A DNA stretch of 58,859 nt from Marinifilum sp. Its GTDB lineage: Bacteria > Bacteroidota > Bacteroidia > Bacteroidales > CG2-30-32-10. Where the stretch lies: contig DYDE01000008.1 in assembly GCA_020718065.1 (NCBI GenBank), forward strand, positions 1-58,859, read 5' to 3'. Below the pieces are notes generated by a model. The model did not search any database. It had not been told where the DNA came from and worked only from the letters and a program-made list of their open reading frames with translations. The translations under genes and the position numbers were made by a program. Each line of letters begins with the position of its first letter. The first letter of the stretch is position 1. This document shows, piece by piece, positions 1 to 10,451 of this stretch.

Positions 1-1106
1 AAATAATCAATAATTGACAATGCAGCTTTTTTTGAGGCACCCTCCCCTCCTAGCTTTTCTTTTAATGCAATATAATCCTCTTTTAATGAAGATTTAAAAG
101 TTTCATCGAAAAGTAACTTATGCAATTCTAACTGTAAGTTTTCTTTATTCAAATCTTTTTGAATAAGTTCTTTAACAATCTCTCTATCCATAATAAGATT
201 GGCTAATGAAATATATTTAACCTTCACCAATTTCTTTGCCAACCAAAATGAAATAAAATTTCCTTTATAACAAACCACTTCTGGCACCTGAAACAAAGCT
301 GTTTCAAGGGTTGCAGTTCCTGAAGTAACCAATGCTGCGGTGGCGTTTTGCAACAAATTATAGGTTTGGTTATAAACAATTTTTACATTGCTGTTTTTAA
401 GTAATTCCTGATAATATTCAGCAGTAATAGAAGGAGCCCCAGCAATAACAAACTGAAAATCTTTAAAATTATCAACTACCGAAAGCATGATGGGAAGCAT
501 TGTGCTAATTTCTTGCTTTCTACTTCCAGGTATTAAAGCAATAATGTCCTTTTTATCTATATTATTATTTATATAAAATTCTTCTTTCGTTTTATTGCTG
601 ATATTATGTATGGCATCCAACAAAGGATGACCAACAAACTCCACATTCCAATTGTGTTTTTTAAAAAAGTCCTTTTCAAAAGGAAGAATAACCAACATTC
701 TGTCGATAGTTCTTTTCATCTTCTTAACTCTCGACTCTTTCCATGCCCATACTTGCGGTGAAATATAATAAACAACTTTCAGACCTTCTTTCTTTGCAAA
801 GTCGGCAATACGTAGATTGAATCCAGGATAGTCAACCAAAATCAAAACATCTGGTTTAAAAAAGGAAATATCCTTTTTGCATAAATCAATATTTCTGAAT
901 ATATCTCTTAAATGGAACAGTACTTCCACAAAACCCATATAAGCAGTATCTTTATAATGCCTTACAAGTTCGACTCCTTGTATTTGCATTAAATCTCCGC
1001 CCCAACCACGCAATACAGCATCCTTATCAGCAAATTTTATCTTTTTTATAAGATTAGATGCGTGTAAGTCTCCTGATGCTTCACCTGCTATGATGTAATA
1101 CTTCAT
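1..1106 (-). CDS. lpxB: lipid-A-disaccharide synthase (GT19); 3' end cut by the window edge
   Basis: Absent from the ORF track because it runs off the window. Reverse-strand translation from ATG (1106..1104) reads MKYYIIAGEASGDLHASNLIKKIK...LILVDYPGFNLRIA...YYISPQVWAWKESRVKK. This is LpxB-like throughout, and the frame stays open to position 1. Confidence 0.85.
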   Translation of the reverse strand, partial: MKYYIIAGEASGDLHASNLIKKIKFADKDAVLRGWGGDLMQIQGVELVRHYKDTAYMGFVEVLFHLRDIFRNIDLCKKDISFFKPDVLILVDYPGFNLRIADFAKKEGLKVVYYISPQVWAWKESRVKKMKRTIDRMLVILPFEKDFFKKHNWNVEFVGHPLLDAIHNISNKTKEEFYINNNIDKKDIIALIPGSRKQEISTMLPIMLSVVDNFKDFQFVIAGAPSITAEYYQELLKNSNVKIVYNQTYNLLQNATAALVTSGTATLETALFQVPEVVCYKGNFISFWLAKKLVKVKYISLANLIMDREIVKELIQKDLNKENLQLELHKLLFDETFKSSLKEDYIALKEKLGGEGASKKAALSIIDY

Positions 1107-1121
1107 TCTTATTATATATAA

Positions 1122-2840
1122 TTATTCAATCCAGCTTTTAACCACTTCTAAAGTAGGAGCTGGCATTTCTAATTTCAATTTCTTACGCAAACCACAAAGA
1201 TCATTAAACAATTTGTTTGGATTTGCTTTTTTTAAATCAGCCAAAGTTAGAAATCCAGCTTTTTTAACAGCTGCTATCCACTCTTGAGGAACACCAGCAT
1301 CAGTAAATTCGCTGTCATTACTAACAATTGTTTTTTTCTCAGGACGCATTTGCGGAAAAAACAACACTTCCTGAATAGAATGTGCATTGGTCATTATCAT
1401 AGTTAACCTGTCAATACCAATACCAAGTCCTGCTGTCGGAGGCATACCAAACTCAATAGCTCTCAAAAAATCTTCATCGAGCACCATTGCTTCTGGGTCT
1501 CCCCTTTTGCCAAGTTCTAATTGCGATTCGAAGCGTTTGCGCTGATCGATAGGGTCGTTTAATTCTGAGAAAGCATTACAAATTTCTTTACCATTGCATA
1601 TAGCTTCAAATCTCTCAACCAATCCTTCTTTTGTGCGATGTTTTTTTGCAAGGGGTGACATTTCAACAGGATAATCAGTAATAAATGTTGGTTGTATAAG
1701 TTTTGATTCGCAGGTTTTACCAAATATTTCATCAATTAGTTTGCCTTTTCCCATGGTTTCGTCTACTTCTGCATATATAAATGTGGCTACTTCGAATATT
1801 TCTTTTTCATCCATTTTCGAAATATCGATACCGGTGTAATGTTCAATGGCTTCAAACATCGTAAAGCGTTTCCACGGGCGCTTGAAGTTAATAATATTAT
1901 CTCCAACTTTCACTTCAGTTGTTCCCTGAACTGCTATTGCTATTCTTTCGACCATTTCCTCTACAAGATTCATCATCCATTCATAGTCTTTATATGCTAC
2001 ATATAGTTCCATCTGGGTAAATTCTGGATTATGAAATCTATCCATTCCTTCGTTGCGGAAGTCTTTTGAAAATTCATAAACTCCATCAAAACCACCAACT
2101 ATTAAACGTTTAAGATATAATTCATTTGCAATTCTTAAATAAAGAGCAGTATCGAGTGCATTGTGATGCGTTTTAAAAGGACGCGCAGCAGCACCACCGT
2201 ACAAAGGCTGAAGTATTGGTGTTTCAACTTCCAGATAACCTTTTTCGTTAAGATAAGTCCTCATTGAATTAACCAATTTGGTTCTTTTGATAAAAATATC
2301 TTTAACATGCGAATTTACTATTAAATCAACATAGCGTTGTCTATAGCGCTGTTCCGGATCAGCAAAAGCATCATAAATTACTCCTTCTTTTTCTTTTACA
2401 ATAGGTAATGGACGCAAAGATTTACATAGAACTTTGAATTCTTTAACATGTATGGTTATTTCTCCCATTTTGGTTACAAAAACATTACCACTTAAACCAA
2501 TGATATCACCAATATCCATCAATTTCTTAAAAACAGTATTGTAAAGTGTTTTATCCTCTCCAGGGCATATCTCATCTCGGTTAAGGTAGAGTTGAATCCT
2601 TCCTGTTTCATCTTGTATTTCGGCAAAGGATGCATTTCCCATAATCCTTCGGCTCATTATGCGACCTGCAATATGGACTGCTTGATACAAAGTATTGTCA
2701 TTTGGAAACTTTTCCAATATTTCTTTAGAAGTTGCATTAATGTCAAAAAGTTCTGCCGGATAAGGATTGATGCCTAAATTAATTAGTTCGTTTAAAGAAT
2801 TACGACGAATTTGTTCTTGTTCAGTAAATTCTATGCTCAT
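1122..2840 (-). CDS. lysS: lysine--tRNA ligase, class II
   Basis: Contains the motif [20 protein letters not shown] and the overall LysRS layout (OB anticodon-binding domain plus class II core). The ORF-track start at 2861 is a TTG lying inside a TATCTTTG (TAnnTTTG) -7 box. I therefore prefer ATG 2840 ([10 protein letters not shown]). Confidence 0.93.
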   Translation of the reverse strand: MSIEFTEQEQIRRNSLNELINLGINPYPAELFDINATSKEILEKFPNDNTLYQAVHIAGRIMSRRIMGNASFAEIQDETGRIQLYLNRDEICPGEDKTLYNTVFKKLMDIGDIIGLSGNVFVTKMGEITIHVKEFKVLCKSLRPLPIVKEKEGVIYDAFADPEQRYRQRYVDLIVNSHVKDIFIKRTKLVNSMRTYLNEKGYLEVETPILQPLYGGAAARPFKTHHNALDTALYLRIANELYLKRLIVGGFDGVYEFSKDFRNEGMDRFHNPEFTQMELYVAYKDYEWMMNLVEEMVERIAIAVQGTTEVKVGDNIINFKRPWKRFTMFEAIEHYTGIDISKMDEKEIFEVATFIYAEVDETMGKGKLIDEIFGKTCESKLIQPTFITDYPVEMSPLAKKHRTKEGLVERFEAICNGKEICNAFSELNDPIDQRKRFESQLELGKRGDPEAMVLDEDFLRAIEFGMPPTAGLGIGIDRLTMIMTNAHSIQEVLFFPQMRPEKKTIVSNDSEFTDAGVPQEWIAAVKKAGFLTLADLKKANPNKLFNDLCGLRKKLKLEMPAPTLEVVKSWIE

Positions 2841-3165
2841 TTTATTATTAATTTTTTGCAAAGATAAACATTTGTAAAAAATTGTAGCAGTGGAAGCTGA
2901 TATTATTAATAAAATAAGTTAGTAAGAAAGATTTAGGATGAAATAATAAGATTTAACAAAAATATATCTTGATTTTGAAAATAAATGGAGGAATTGGAGA
3001 ATGATGTATTGTTTACATTGAGCAAGAAAATAATATGGGACTATAAAGCCTTAAATATTATGTAATCATTTTCTTAATTATTTTTGCCAAAGCCATACAT
3101 TTGTAAAAAATTTAGTATAGTATAAACTACTTTTATTATATGTTAAAATATTAAAACCCTTATTT

Positions 3166-4386
3166 ATGGATTTAAAACTTGGTAAATTAATAAAAGACTG
3201 GCTCATTGGGCTAGGGTTGGAAGATTCTTATGCTGTCTGGCTAAAAGATACTATATTTTTTGTTTCTATAATTATCTTAAGTATAATTATTGACTTGATT
3301 GCAAAAAGAATTATTGTTAAAATAATTGCAAAACTTGCTTCTAAAACAAAAACAACATGGGACGATGCATTGATAGAAAGAAAAGTTTTTAACCGATTAT
3401 CTCATATTGCTGCTGCTCTTGTTATTTATATACTCTCTCCTATAGCACTTCAGGAATATGAATTTATTTCACAGTTTATTATTGTTTTGACAAAAATCTA
3501 TATGGTTTTTATAGTCCTACTTGTAATTGATTCTTTTCTTAATGCCTCGCATGACATATATCTTACTTATGAAGCTTCTAAAACCAGACCTATAAAAGGG
3601 TATATTCAGGTAGTTAAGATTATCATCAATATAATTGGTGGAATAATTATACTTTCAATTTTACTAAACAAAACCCCAATTTACTTTTTGGGAGGTTTAG
3701 GTGCTTTAACAGCCATTTTAATTCTTGTATTTAAAGATCCTATTTTAGGCTTTGTTGGAAGTATTCAACTTTCAGCAAACGATATGCTCCGACCCGGTGA
3801 TTGGATTACTATGAATAAATTTGAAGCAGATGGAACTGTATTAGAAATGAATCTCACAACAGTTAAAGTTCAAAACTTCGATAAATCAATTACAACTATT
3901 CCAACCTATTCATTTATTTCCGATTCGTTTCATAATTGGCGTGCAATGGAAGAGGCAGGAATGAGAAGAATAAAACGTTCAATAAATATTGATATCAATA
4001 GCATTAGGTTTTGTAGTGAAGAAGTGTTGGAGTGTTTTATGAAATCTGATACTGTCAGTCCTTTTGCAACAATCCTTCAAACACAAATAAAGGAGGGTTG
4101 CAAAACAAACAATAAACTCACTAACTTGGGAGTTTTCAAGAGCTATCTACAAACCTTTTTAAAACAAATTCCAGAAATAAAGCAGGATTTAACATTTCTG
4201 GTAAGACAGCAACAGCCAACAGAAAAGGGATTGCCTATAGAAATATATGTTTTTGCAGATTTTACCGATATGGTCAGTTTCGAAGAATTGCAGTTTGCCA
4301 TATTTGAACATATTTTTGCCGTAGTTAGGGAATTTGATTTGAGGATTTTTCAAAACCCCACAGAATGTGCATTAATAAATAGTTGA
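3166..4386 (+). CDS. mechanosensitive ion channel, MscS family
   Basis: Several N-terminal TM helices are followed by PGDWITM...DGTVLEMNLTTVKVQNFDKSITTIPT, the MscS beta-domain signature. Confidence 0.8.
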   Translation: MDLKLGKLIKDWLIGLGLEDSYAVWLKDTIFFVSIIILSIIIDLIAKRIIVKIIAKLASKTKTTWDDALIERKVFNRLSHIAAALVIYILSPIALQEYEFISQFIIVLTKIYMVFIVLLVIDSFLNASHDIYLTYEASKTRPIKGYIQVVKIIINIIGGIIILSILLNKTPIYFLGGLGALTAILILVFKDPILGFVGSIQLSANDMLRPGDWITMNKFEADGTVLEMNLTTVKVQNFDKSITTIPTYSFISDSFHNWRAMEEAGMRRIKRSINIDINSIRFCSEEVLECFMKSDTVSPFATILQTQIKEGCKTNNKLTNLGVFKSYLQTFLKQIPEIKQDLTFLVRQQQPTEKGLPIEIYVFADFTDMVSFEELQFAIFEHIFAVVREFDLRIFQNPTECALINS

Positions 4387-4393
4387 GAACAAT

Positions 4394-4723
4394 ATGAAGA
4401 CAGTTTTACTATTGGTTGCATCAAATATATTCATGACATTTGCCTGGTATGGTCATTTAAAATTCAAAGAAGTTGCTTTGTGGAAAATAATACTTATCAG
4501 CTGGGGTATCGCTTTTTTTGAATATTGTTTAATGGTTCCTGCAAATCGTATAGGAAGTTATCAATTCTCTACCTTCCAACTCAAAACAATACAAGAAGTA
4601 ATTACATTGGTGGTTTTTACTTTCTTTTCAATATGGTATTTGAAAGAAGGTATTCGATGGAATTACATTGTTGGCTTTGGTTTTATTGTATTAGCTGTTT
4701 TTTTTATATTTAAAAAATGGTAA
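4394..4723 (+). CDS. small DMT-superfamily membrane protein (DUF486-like)
   Basis: 109 aa with 4 predicted TM helices. The N-terminus MKTVLLLVASNIFMTFAWYGHLKF is typical of the DUF486/DMT family. Confidence 0.6.
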   Translation: MKTVLLLVASNIFMTFAWYGHLKFKEVALWKIILISWGIAFFEYCLMVPANRIGSYQFSTFQLKTIQEVITLVVFTFFSIWYLKEGIRWNYIVGFGFIVLAVFFIFKKW

Positions 4724-5226
4724 AAGCAATTATTTTTGATTGGGGTGATACCCTAATGCGAGATTTTAAGCAATATTCAGGACCAATGGTATATTGGGAT
4801 AAAGTTGAAGTGATAGAAGGGATTATCTCTCTATTGAAATCGTTGCATAAAAAATATATTTTATGTGTTGCCACCAATGCTGGTGATTCCGATACATCCA
4901 TGATGATAAAAGCACTTGAACGAGGAAATATTAAACAGTATTTTGACTGCTTTTTCTCTTCAAAAGACCTTGGTTATAGCAAACCCGATCCTAAATTTTT
5001 CAAAACGATTGCTGATAAAATAAATATCATCCCTCAAGAGTGTCTGATGATAGGAAATGATTATATCAAAGACATTGAAGGAGCACTGTCAATTGGAATG
5101 AAAGCCATATTTTTTAACGAGCCCCAAAGCAAAATCGAAAATAATAAAGCAAATTTTACTATTTGTAAAATGAATCAGTTATTACCATTAATAAATAAAA
5201 TAATAGTTGAGAAAACTAAAGCATAG
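4717..5226 (+). CDS. HAD-superfamily hydrolase
   Basis: Motif I-like IIFDWGDTL, motif II VATNA, a Lys in YSKPDP, and motif IV GNDYIKD. Confidence 0.75.
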   Translation: MVKAIIFDWGDTLMRDFKQYSGPMVYWDKVEVIEGIISLLKSLHKKYILCVATNAGDSDTSMMIKALERGNIKQYFDCFFSSKDLGYSKPDPKFFKTIADKINIIPQECLMIGNDYIKDIEGALSIGMKAIFFNEPQSKIENNKANFTICKMNQLLPLINKIIVEKTKA

Positions 5227-5283
5227 AATATACTTTAGTTAATCTCTTTTCAATTAGAAAATAAGAAATTTAACCTTACTTTA

Positions 5284-5829
5284 TTATTTTTTTGTATTAA
5301 CCAGAGAATCTTGCTTCATCTTTTCTTCGAACTCTTTAATAATTTGCTCATCGCTTTTTCCTAAATTCTGAAGGGATATCTGAGCATCATCAGCTAAATC
5401 ATCTTTTGGAAATTTTGAAATAAATTCTTGATATGCTATACGTGCATTGTTTATATCTTTTAAATGATAATCGTAAACAAAACCTCTTAAAAAATAGCAA
5501 CTTGTAATTTTTTTATAGTTAGGGTATTTGCTAATTATAATATTAAGATACTCTATAGCTTTGGGGGCCTTACCTGTATTCATTGCCAAACTTGCAGCTC
5601 TATTTAAATATTCAGCAGCAGCAGTATCAGTAGGAAATTTCTTTTCAAAATCAAGATATAAGTTAACCATCTCATTGGCTTTGGTTGTATCAACCGGACC
5701 TGTGGTTGTTCCATAAAGCTGTTTCTCCAATTCCTGAATTTTAGTTATTACTTTGTCTTTAGATTGTCCGCAAGCAAAAAACAAAGTTATACCTATAACT
5801 AATAAAATTAATTTTTGTAAGTGTTTCAT
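5284..5829 (-). CDS. TPR-like lipoprotein
   Basis: Signal peptide with lipobox (LFFAC), followed by helical repeats resembling YbgF/TPR (YLNRAASLAMNTGKAPKAIEYLNIIISKYPN). Confidence 0.55.
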   Translation of the reverse strand: MKHLQKLILLVIGITLFFACGQSKDKVITKIQELEKQLYGTTTGPVDTTKANEMVNLYLDFEKKFPTDTAAAEYLNRAASLAMNTGKAPKAIEYLNIIISKYPNYKKITSCYFLRGFVYDYHLKDINNARIAYQEFISKFPKDDLADDAQISLQNLGKSDEQIIKEFEEKMKQDSLVNTKK

Positions 5830-5838
5830 AATTATTAT

Positions 5839-6417
5839 TTATTTAAAGTTAATATTTTTCTTTTTATTGGCAAATTGCATTTTATATTTTATTTCCACAT
5901 CTCCATCAGCAATATCGCTAAGTTTTCGTTTAATTAAACGTTTTTTAAGTTGACTTAACTTGTCAACAAACACTATTCCATTTATATGATCGTATTCATG
6001 CTGAATAATTCTTGCAATTATACCACTGTATTCTTCCGTTTGAAAGTCAAAAGAATCATCATAATATTCGATTTTAATAGTAGATTTGCGTTTTATGTCT
6101 TCACGTAAAGTCGGAAAGCTCAAACAACCTTCATTAAAAATCCATTGTTCACCAGATTCTTCGACAATTTTAGGATTAATAAAAACTTTTTTAAAATTTT
6201 CTGCTTCTGGATAATCTTTTACAAAATCTGAGGCATCTACTATAAACAGTCTTATTGACAAACCAACCTGAGGGGCAGCAAGCCCAACTCCCAATGCAGC
6301 ATACATTGTTTGAAACATGTTGCTAACTAATTCGTTTAAATTAGGGTAATCTTTTTCTATTTCCTTTGCTACCGTCTTTAAAATAGCGTTACCATAAGAT
6401 ACAATTGGCAATATCAT
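5839..6417 (-). CDS. def: peptide deformylase
   Basis: All three PDF motifs are present: GVGLAAPQVG, EGCLSFP and QHEYDHING. Confidence 0.95.
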   Translation of the reverse strand: MILPIVSYGNAILKTVAKEIEKDYPNLNELVSNMFQTMYAALGVGLAAPQVGLSIRLFIVDASDFVKDYPEAENFKKVFINPKIVEESGEQWIFNEGCLSFPTLREDIKRKSTIKIEYYDDSFDFQTEEYSGIIARIIQHEYDHINGIVFVDKLSQLKKRLIKRKLSDIADGDVEIKYKMQFANKKKNINFK

Positions 6418-6432
6418 TTTTAATTCAATTTT

Positions 6433-6855
6433 TTATTTACTATTATATTTACTTTCCATATATGATTGTAGAATAATTGTTGCACTTATCTTATCAATCA
6501 ATGATTTATCCTGTCTGTGCTTTTTATTTATTCCAGAATCTATCATAGTTTGAAAAGCCATTTTGGAGGTAAATCGTTCATCAATCCTTTCAATTGGAAT
6601 ATTTGGAAAATTCTTAATTAATAATTTTATAAATATATCAACATTTTTTGCAGACTCCGACTCCTTATTGTTCATCTGTTTTGGCTTTCCAACAACAAAA
6701 CATTCAACCTTTTCTTTTAAAAGATATTCTTTTAAAAAAGTAATAATATCTTTGTTTTGAATAGTGACTAACCCATTTGCAATAATTTTGCTTTCATCTG
6801 TTACAGCAATTCCAACCCGTTTTGTACCAAAATCTATTGCTAAAATTCTACCCAT
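6433..6855 (-). CDS. ruvX: YqgF/RuvX-family putative pre-16S rRNA nuclease
   Basis: N-terminal [17 protein letters not shown], a size of 140 aa, and the ERFTS motif. Confidence 0.85.
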   Translation of the reverse strand: MGRILAIDFGTKRVGIAVTDESKIIANGLVTIQNKDIITFLKEYLLKEKVECFVVGKPKQMNNKESESAKNVDIFIKLLIKNFPNIPIERIDERFTSKMAFQTMIDSGINKKHRQDKSLIDKISATIILQSYMESKYNSK

Positions 6856-7153
6856 TTTATATTCATCAATTTGAATACAAAATTAACAGAAGTTTACTAA
6901 ATATAATAAACTTTTTTTATAGTTTGTATTTGGGTTTACAAAAGTTTATTTATGAGGATTAATTGAGTTGAAGTAATTTTTAATTTATATTTATAAAAAT
7001 ATAGGTTATAGTATAATATTAACATTAATTATTTTTTTGTAAATTTGTGTTACAATTTAAAACTAATAACTAAATTTTTCGTACAATAAATTGCAAAACT
7101 ATCTTTAATAATTTTAGTTAAGGATATTTTATTAGGTTTAAAATATATTTAAT

Positions 7154-8356
7154 ATGAAAAAAGTAGTTATTCTAATAGTTCTGAGTATAATCTTAATAAG
7201 TTCTGCCAATGCTCAATGGGTTTTGCAAAACTCAACATATACAAATGTTCTATATTCGATAAAGTTTTCAAATGCAAATAATGGCTTAGCTGCTGGTTAT
7301 GCTGGCACAATAGTTAAAACTACAAATGGCGGAACCAATTGGGTAGCTCAATCAAGTGGTACCACAAATATTTTATACTCAATTTTTTATTCAGATGCAA
7401 ATAATGCTTATATAGTAGGTGCCGGTGGTAAAATTTTAAAAACAACCAACGCAGGGACTAATTGGACAACCCAAACATCAAGTGTACCTCAGGACTTATA
7501 TTCTGTTTTTTGTGTTAATGCAAATACTGCATATGCTGCTGGGTTTAATGGAATAATTTTAAAAACCACCAATGCTGGAACTAATTGGACAACAATAGTA
7601 AGCGCAGGAACTATTTCTTTATATTCTTTGTACTTTACGGATGTTAATACAGGTTATGCGATTGGCAGTAGTGGGTTGATAAAAAAAACGACCAATGCAG
7701 GGACAAACTGGATTACACAAACAAGTAATACAAGTAATGCTTTATATGCAAGCTATTTTACAGATGCAAATACCGGTTATGCCGTAGGAGTATATGGGAC
7801 AATTGTAAAAACTACTAATGCAGGTACAAATTGGGTAGGCCTTATTAGTGGAACTTCAAATACATTATCATCAGTTTGTTTTACTGATTTAAATACAGGT
7901 TATATTGCGGGAGATCTAGGTTTAATACTTAAAACCACTAATACAGGAACAAGTTGGTATTCACAATACAGTGGAGTTATTACTATTTTACGATCTGTTT
8001 CTTTTGCTGATTTAAACACTGGTTACATTGCTGGAAATAATGGTATAATTTTAAAAACCATAAATGGTGGTGTTTATATTAATGATAACATAACTACCAA
8101 TAAAAACCAAGTAAGCATTTATCCAAATCCTTCTTATAATAAAATTACTATACAATTAAGTCAAAATGATTTGGAAAGCTTATCAGATAATAAATTGGTA
8201 ATTTACAATGACCAGGGTCAAATGATAATGCAACAGGAAATAAATCAAATCGAAACAAATATTGATATTTCTACATTTTCACAAGGTATTTATACTGCAA
8301 AGCTTATTCTTAAAGATGGCAGTTCTATCAATAATAAATTCTTAGTAATAAAATAA
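7154..8356 (+). CDS. secreted beta-propeller protein (Ycf48/BNR-like repeats) with a T9SS C-terminal sorting domain
   Basis: Signal peptide, then seven ~40-aa repeats of I(L/V)KTTN(A/G)GTNW...LYS..F.D.NTGY. The C-terminus VSIYPNPSYNKITIQL...GIYTAKLIL is type-A CTD-like. Confidence 0.75.
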   Translation: MKKVVILIVLSIILISSANAQWVLQNSTYTNVLYSIKFSNANNGLAAGYAGTIVKTTNGGTNWVAQSSGTTNILYSIFYSDANNAYIVGAGGKILKTTNAGTNWTTQTSSVPQDLYSVFCVNANTAYAAGFNGIILKTTNAGTNWTTIVSAGTISLYSLYFTDVNTGYAIGSSGLIKKTTNAGTNWITQTSNTSNALYASYFTDANTGYAVGVYGTIVKTTNAGTNWVGLISGTSNTLSSVCFTDLNTGYIAGDLGLILKTTNTGTSWYSQYSGVITILRSVSFADLNTGYIAGNNGIILKTINGGVYINDNITTNKNQVSIYPNPSYNKITIQLSQNDLESLSDNKLVIYNDQGQMIMQQEINQIETNIDISTFSQGIYTAKLILKDGSSINNKFLVIK

Positions 8357-8608
8357 CGTATTTCAAAACAGATTATTCTTCTTGTTTAATTGTTTTATCA
8401 CAAATATTCAAAATTGTTTTTTAATTTATATTTATTGTAAATTTCAATAATTTAAGTACAAATCTATCATTCTTCACAAAGGCTTCCTCCTATTAATTAA
8501 TTAGAAGTTTGTATAATAACAAAAAACTTTTTAATATTGTCTAACTTTACATTTTATTGTAAATATTGTTTGATCATAATATGATTGCATTTGTTGTCAG
8601 ATTTATTT

Positions 8609-10372
8609 ATGCAAAAAAAAACAAATAAAAACACCAATCCTATCAAAGGCAAAAGCTCAAAAACAAAAATTAAACAAGTTGAAAAGCCTGTTGCAAATTG
8701 GATTTATTTTTTATTAATAAGTGTTGCCTTAATTATCACATACATTGCATTTGCACCCTCTTTAAAAAATGGATTTGTTAGCTGGGATGATGAAGGTTAC
8801 CTTTTTGAAAATAGCTATATAATTAATTATGGATGGAAATCTACCAAAGCCATATTCAGTAATATAATTATGGCAAATTATCACCCTTTAACTATTTACG
8901 TGTATGCTACATTACACCATTTATACAAATTCATTCCCTATCCCTATCATTTGTTTAATGTTTTGTTTCATTTATTCAATGTATTATTGGTTTTTATTTT
9001 CATTAATAAAATAAGCAATAAGAACATTACAATATCTTTTGTTACCGCCCTGTTTTTCGGGTTACATCCTTTGCATGTTGAGTCTGTCACCTGGGTCTCA
9101 GAAACAAAAGACGTACTTTATACATTTTTCTTCTTAATTGGGTTGCTTTGGTATATTAAATACACTATTGCCAAACATAATAAAATATTAATATATTCAC
9201 TATCGCTTTTATTCTTTATTTTATCCTGTCTATCAAAGGGAATGGCTGTTGTATTTCCTCTGATACTTGTTATTATTGATTATATTAACGGTAAGAAAAT
9301 AAATATTAAAACACTTCTTAATAAAATTCCTTTTTTTATTGTTGCCCTTATATTTGGGATTATTGCAATTAAAGCACAGGCTACTGACAAAGGTATTTTT
9401 GACACATCTTCATTTTCATTTTTTGATAAAATCCTTTTGCCTATTTATGGCCTTTTATTTTACCTTGTTAAAATGATTTATCCGATAAATCTAAGTATTA
9501 TTTATCCTTATCCTGTTAAAACGTCATCAATACTTCCAATAGAATATTTTATTTCGCCAGTAATACTGATTATATTAATTGGTTTAATTATTTATTCATT
9601 AAAATATAGCAGAAAAATTGCATTCGGGAGTTTATTCTTCTTCTTTTGCATATTACCAGTACTTCAGATCATTCCTGTTGGTATTTCTATTGCGTCAGAC
9701 AGGTATTTTTATCTTTCATCCATTGGTTTGTTCTTTTTAATTGGTATAGGTCTTAACTATTTAATTGAAAATAAAGGAAAAGAGCAACCTATTCTCAAAT
9801 ATTTATCCTTTATTTTCTTGGTTTTTTCAACTATAGTATTCATTAATCTCACAAGACAAAGAACTATGGTATGGAAAAACACACTTACTCTTTGGCAGGA
9901 TGTAATCCGTTTTGATCCGAAAATTGACAAACCATATTTTAATATTGGATTACAACTCGACAGAAATGGAAACATTGATAGTGCAATTGTTTATTATAAA
10001 AAAGCAATTATTTGCAATCCTAAAAATGTAAAAGCATTAAATAATTTAGGCAATCGTATGTATGATAAAAGGCTTTATGATTCTGCTTTTTTTTATTATA
10101 ATAATTTAGTAAAAGTAGATTCTTTATATTATCCTGTTTATCATAATCTAGGAAACATTTATAGTCTTAGGGGCAATATTGACAAAGCAATTGAGTATTA
10201 CAACAAAGCATTAACTTTAAAAAACGACTTTGCTCTTTCCTATTTTACTCTTGGAACTTGTTGGAATAGAAAGGGAGATTCTGTTAAATCAAATGAAAAT
10301 TTAATTAAAGCTGCTCAATTAGGAAATAATGATGCTCAAAGCGTTTTAAAATCAAAGAATATCAAATGGTAA
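8609..10372 (+). CDS. polytopic membrane protein with C-terminal TPR repeats (GT-C/PMT-like glycosyltransferase candidate)
   Basis: About 11 TM helices are followed by TPR motifs (AIVYYKKAIICNPKNVKALNNLG; AIEYYNKALTLKNDFALSYFTLG). The ORF-track start 8585 is a TTG, so I use ATG at 8609. Confidence 0.55.
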   Translation: MQKKTNKNTNPIKGKSSKTKIKQVEKPVANWIYFLLISVALIITYIAFAPSLKNGFVSWDDEGYLFENSYIINYGWKSTKAIFSNIIMANYHPLTIYVYATLHHLYKFIPYPYHLFNVLFHLFNVLLVFIFINKISNKNITISFVTALFFGLHPLHVESVTWVSETKDVLYTFFFLIGLLWYIKYTIAKHNKILIYSLSLLFFILSCLSKGMAVVFPLILVIIDYINGKKINIKTLLNKIPFFIVALIFGIIAIKAQATDKGIFDTSSFSFFDKILLPIYGLLFYLVKMIYPINLSIIYPYPVKTSSILPIEYFISPVILIILIGLIIYSLKYSRKIAFGSLFFFFCILPVLQIIPVGISIASDRYFYLSSIGLFFLIGIGLNYLIENKGKEQPILKYLSFIFLVFSTIVFINLTRQRTMVWKNTLTLWQDVIRFDPKIDKPYFNIGLQLDRNGNIDSAIVYYKKAIICNPKNVKALNNLGNRMYDKRLYDSAFFYYNNLVKVDSLYYPVYHNLGNIYSLRGNIDKAIEYYNKALTLKNDFALSYFTLGTCWNRKGDSVKSNENLIKAAQLGNNDAQSVLKSKNIKW

Positions 10373-10451
10373 AAAACATCTGAAAACAGAAGATGATTAT
10401 GAAATATAATAGAAAAATTTATATAATATATTCAAATTAAATCTTATTAAT

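Noticed and set aside
1122-1330. A ~70-aa C-terminal extension of LysRS (…[40 protein letters not shown]…), considered as a fused extra gene
   Set aside because: It is continuous in frame with the synthetase and looks like a helix-hairpin-helix-type appended domain. Such extensions occur in long-form LysRS, so I did not pursue it as novel.
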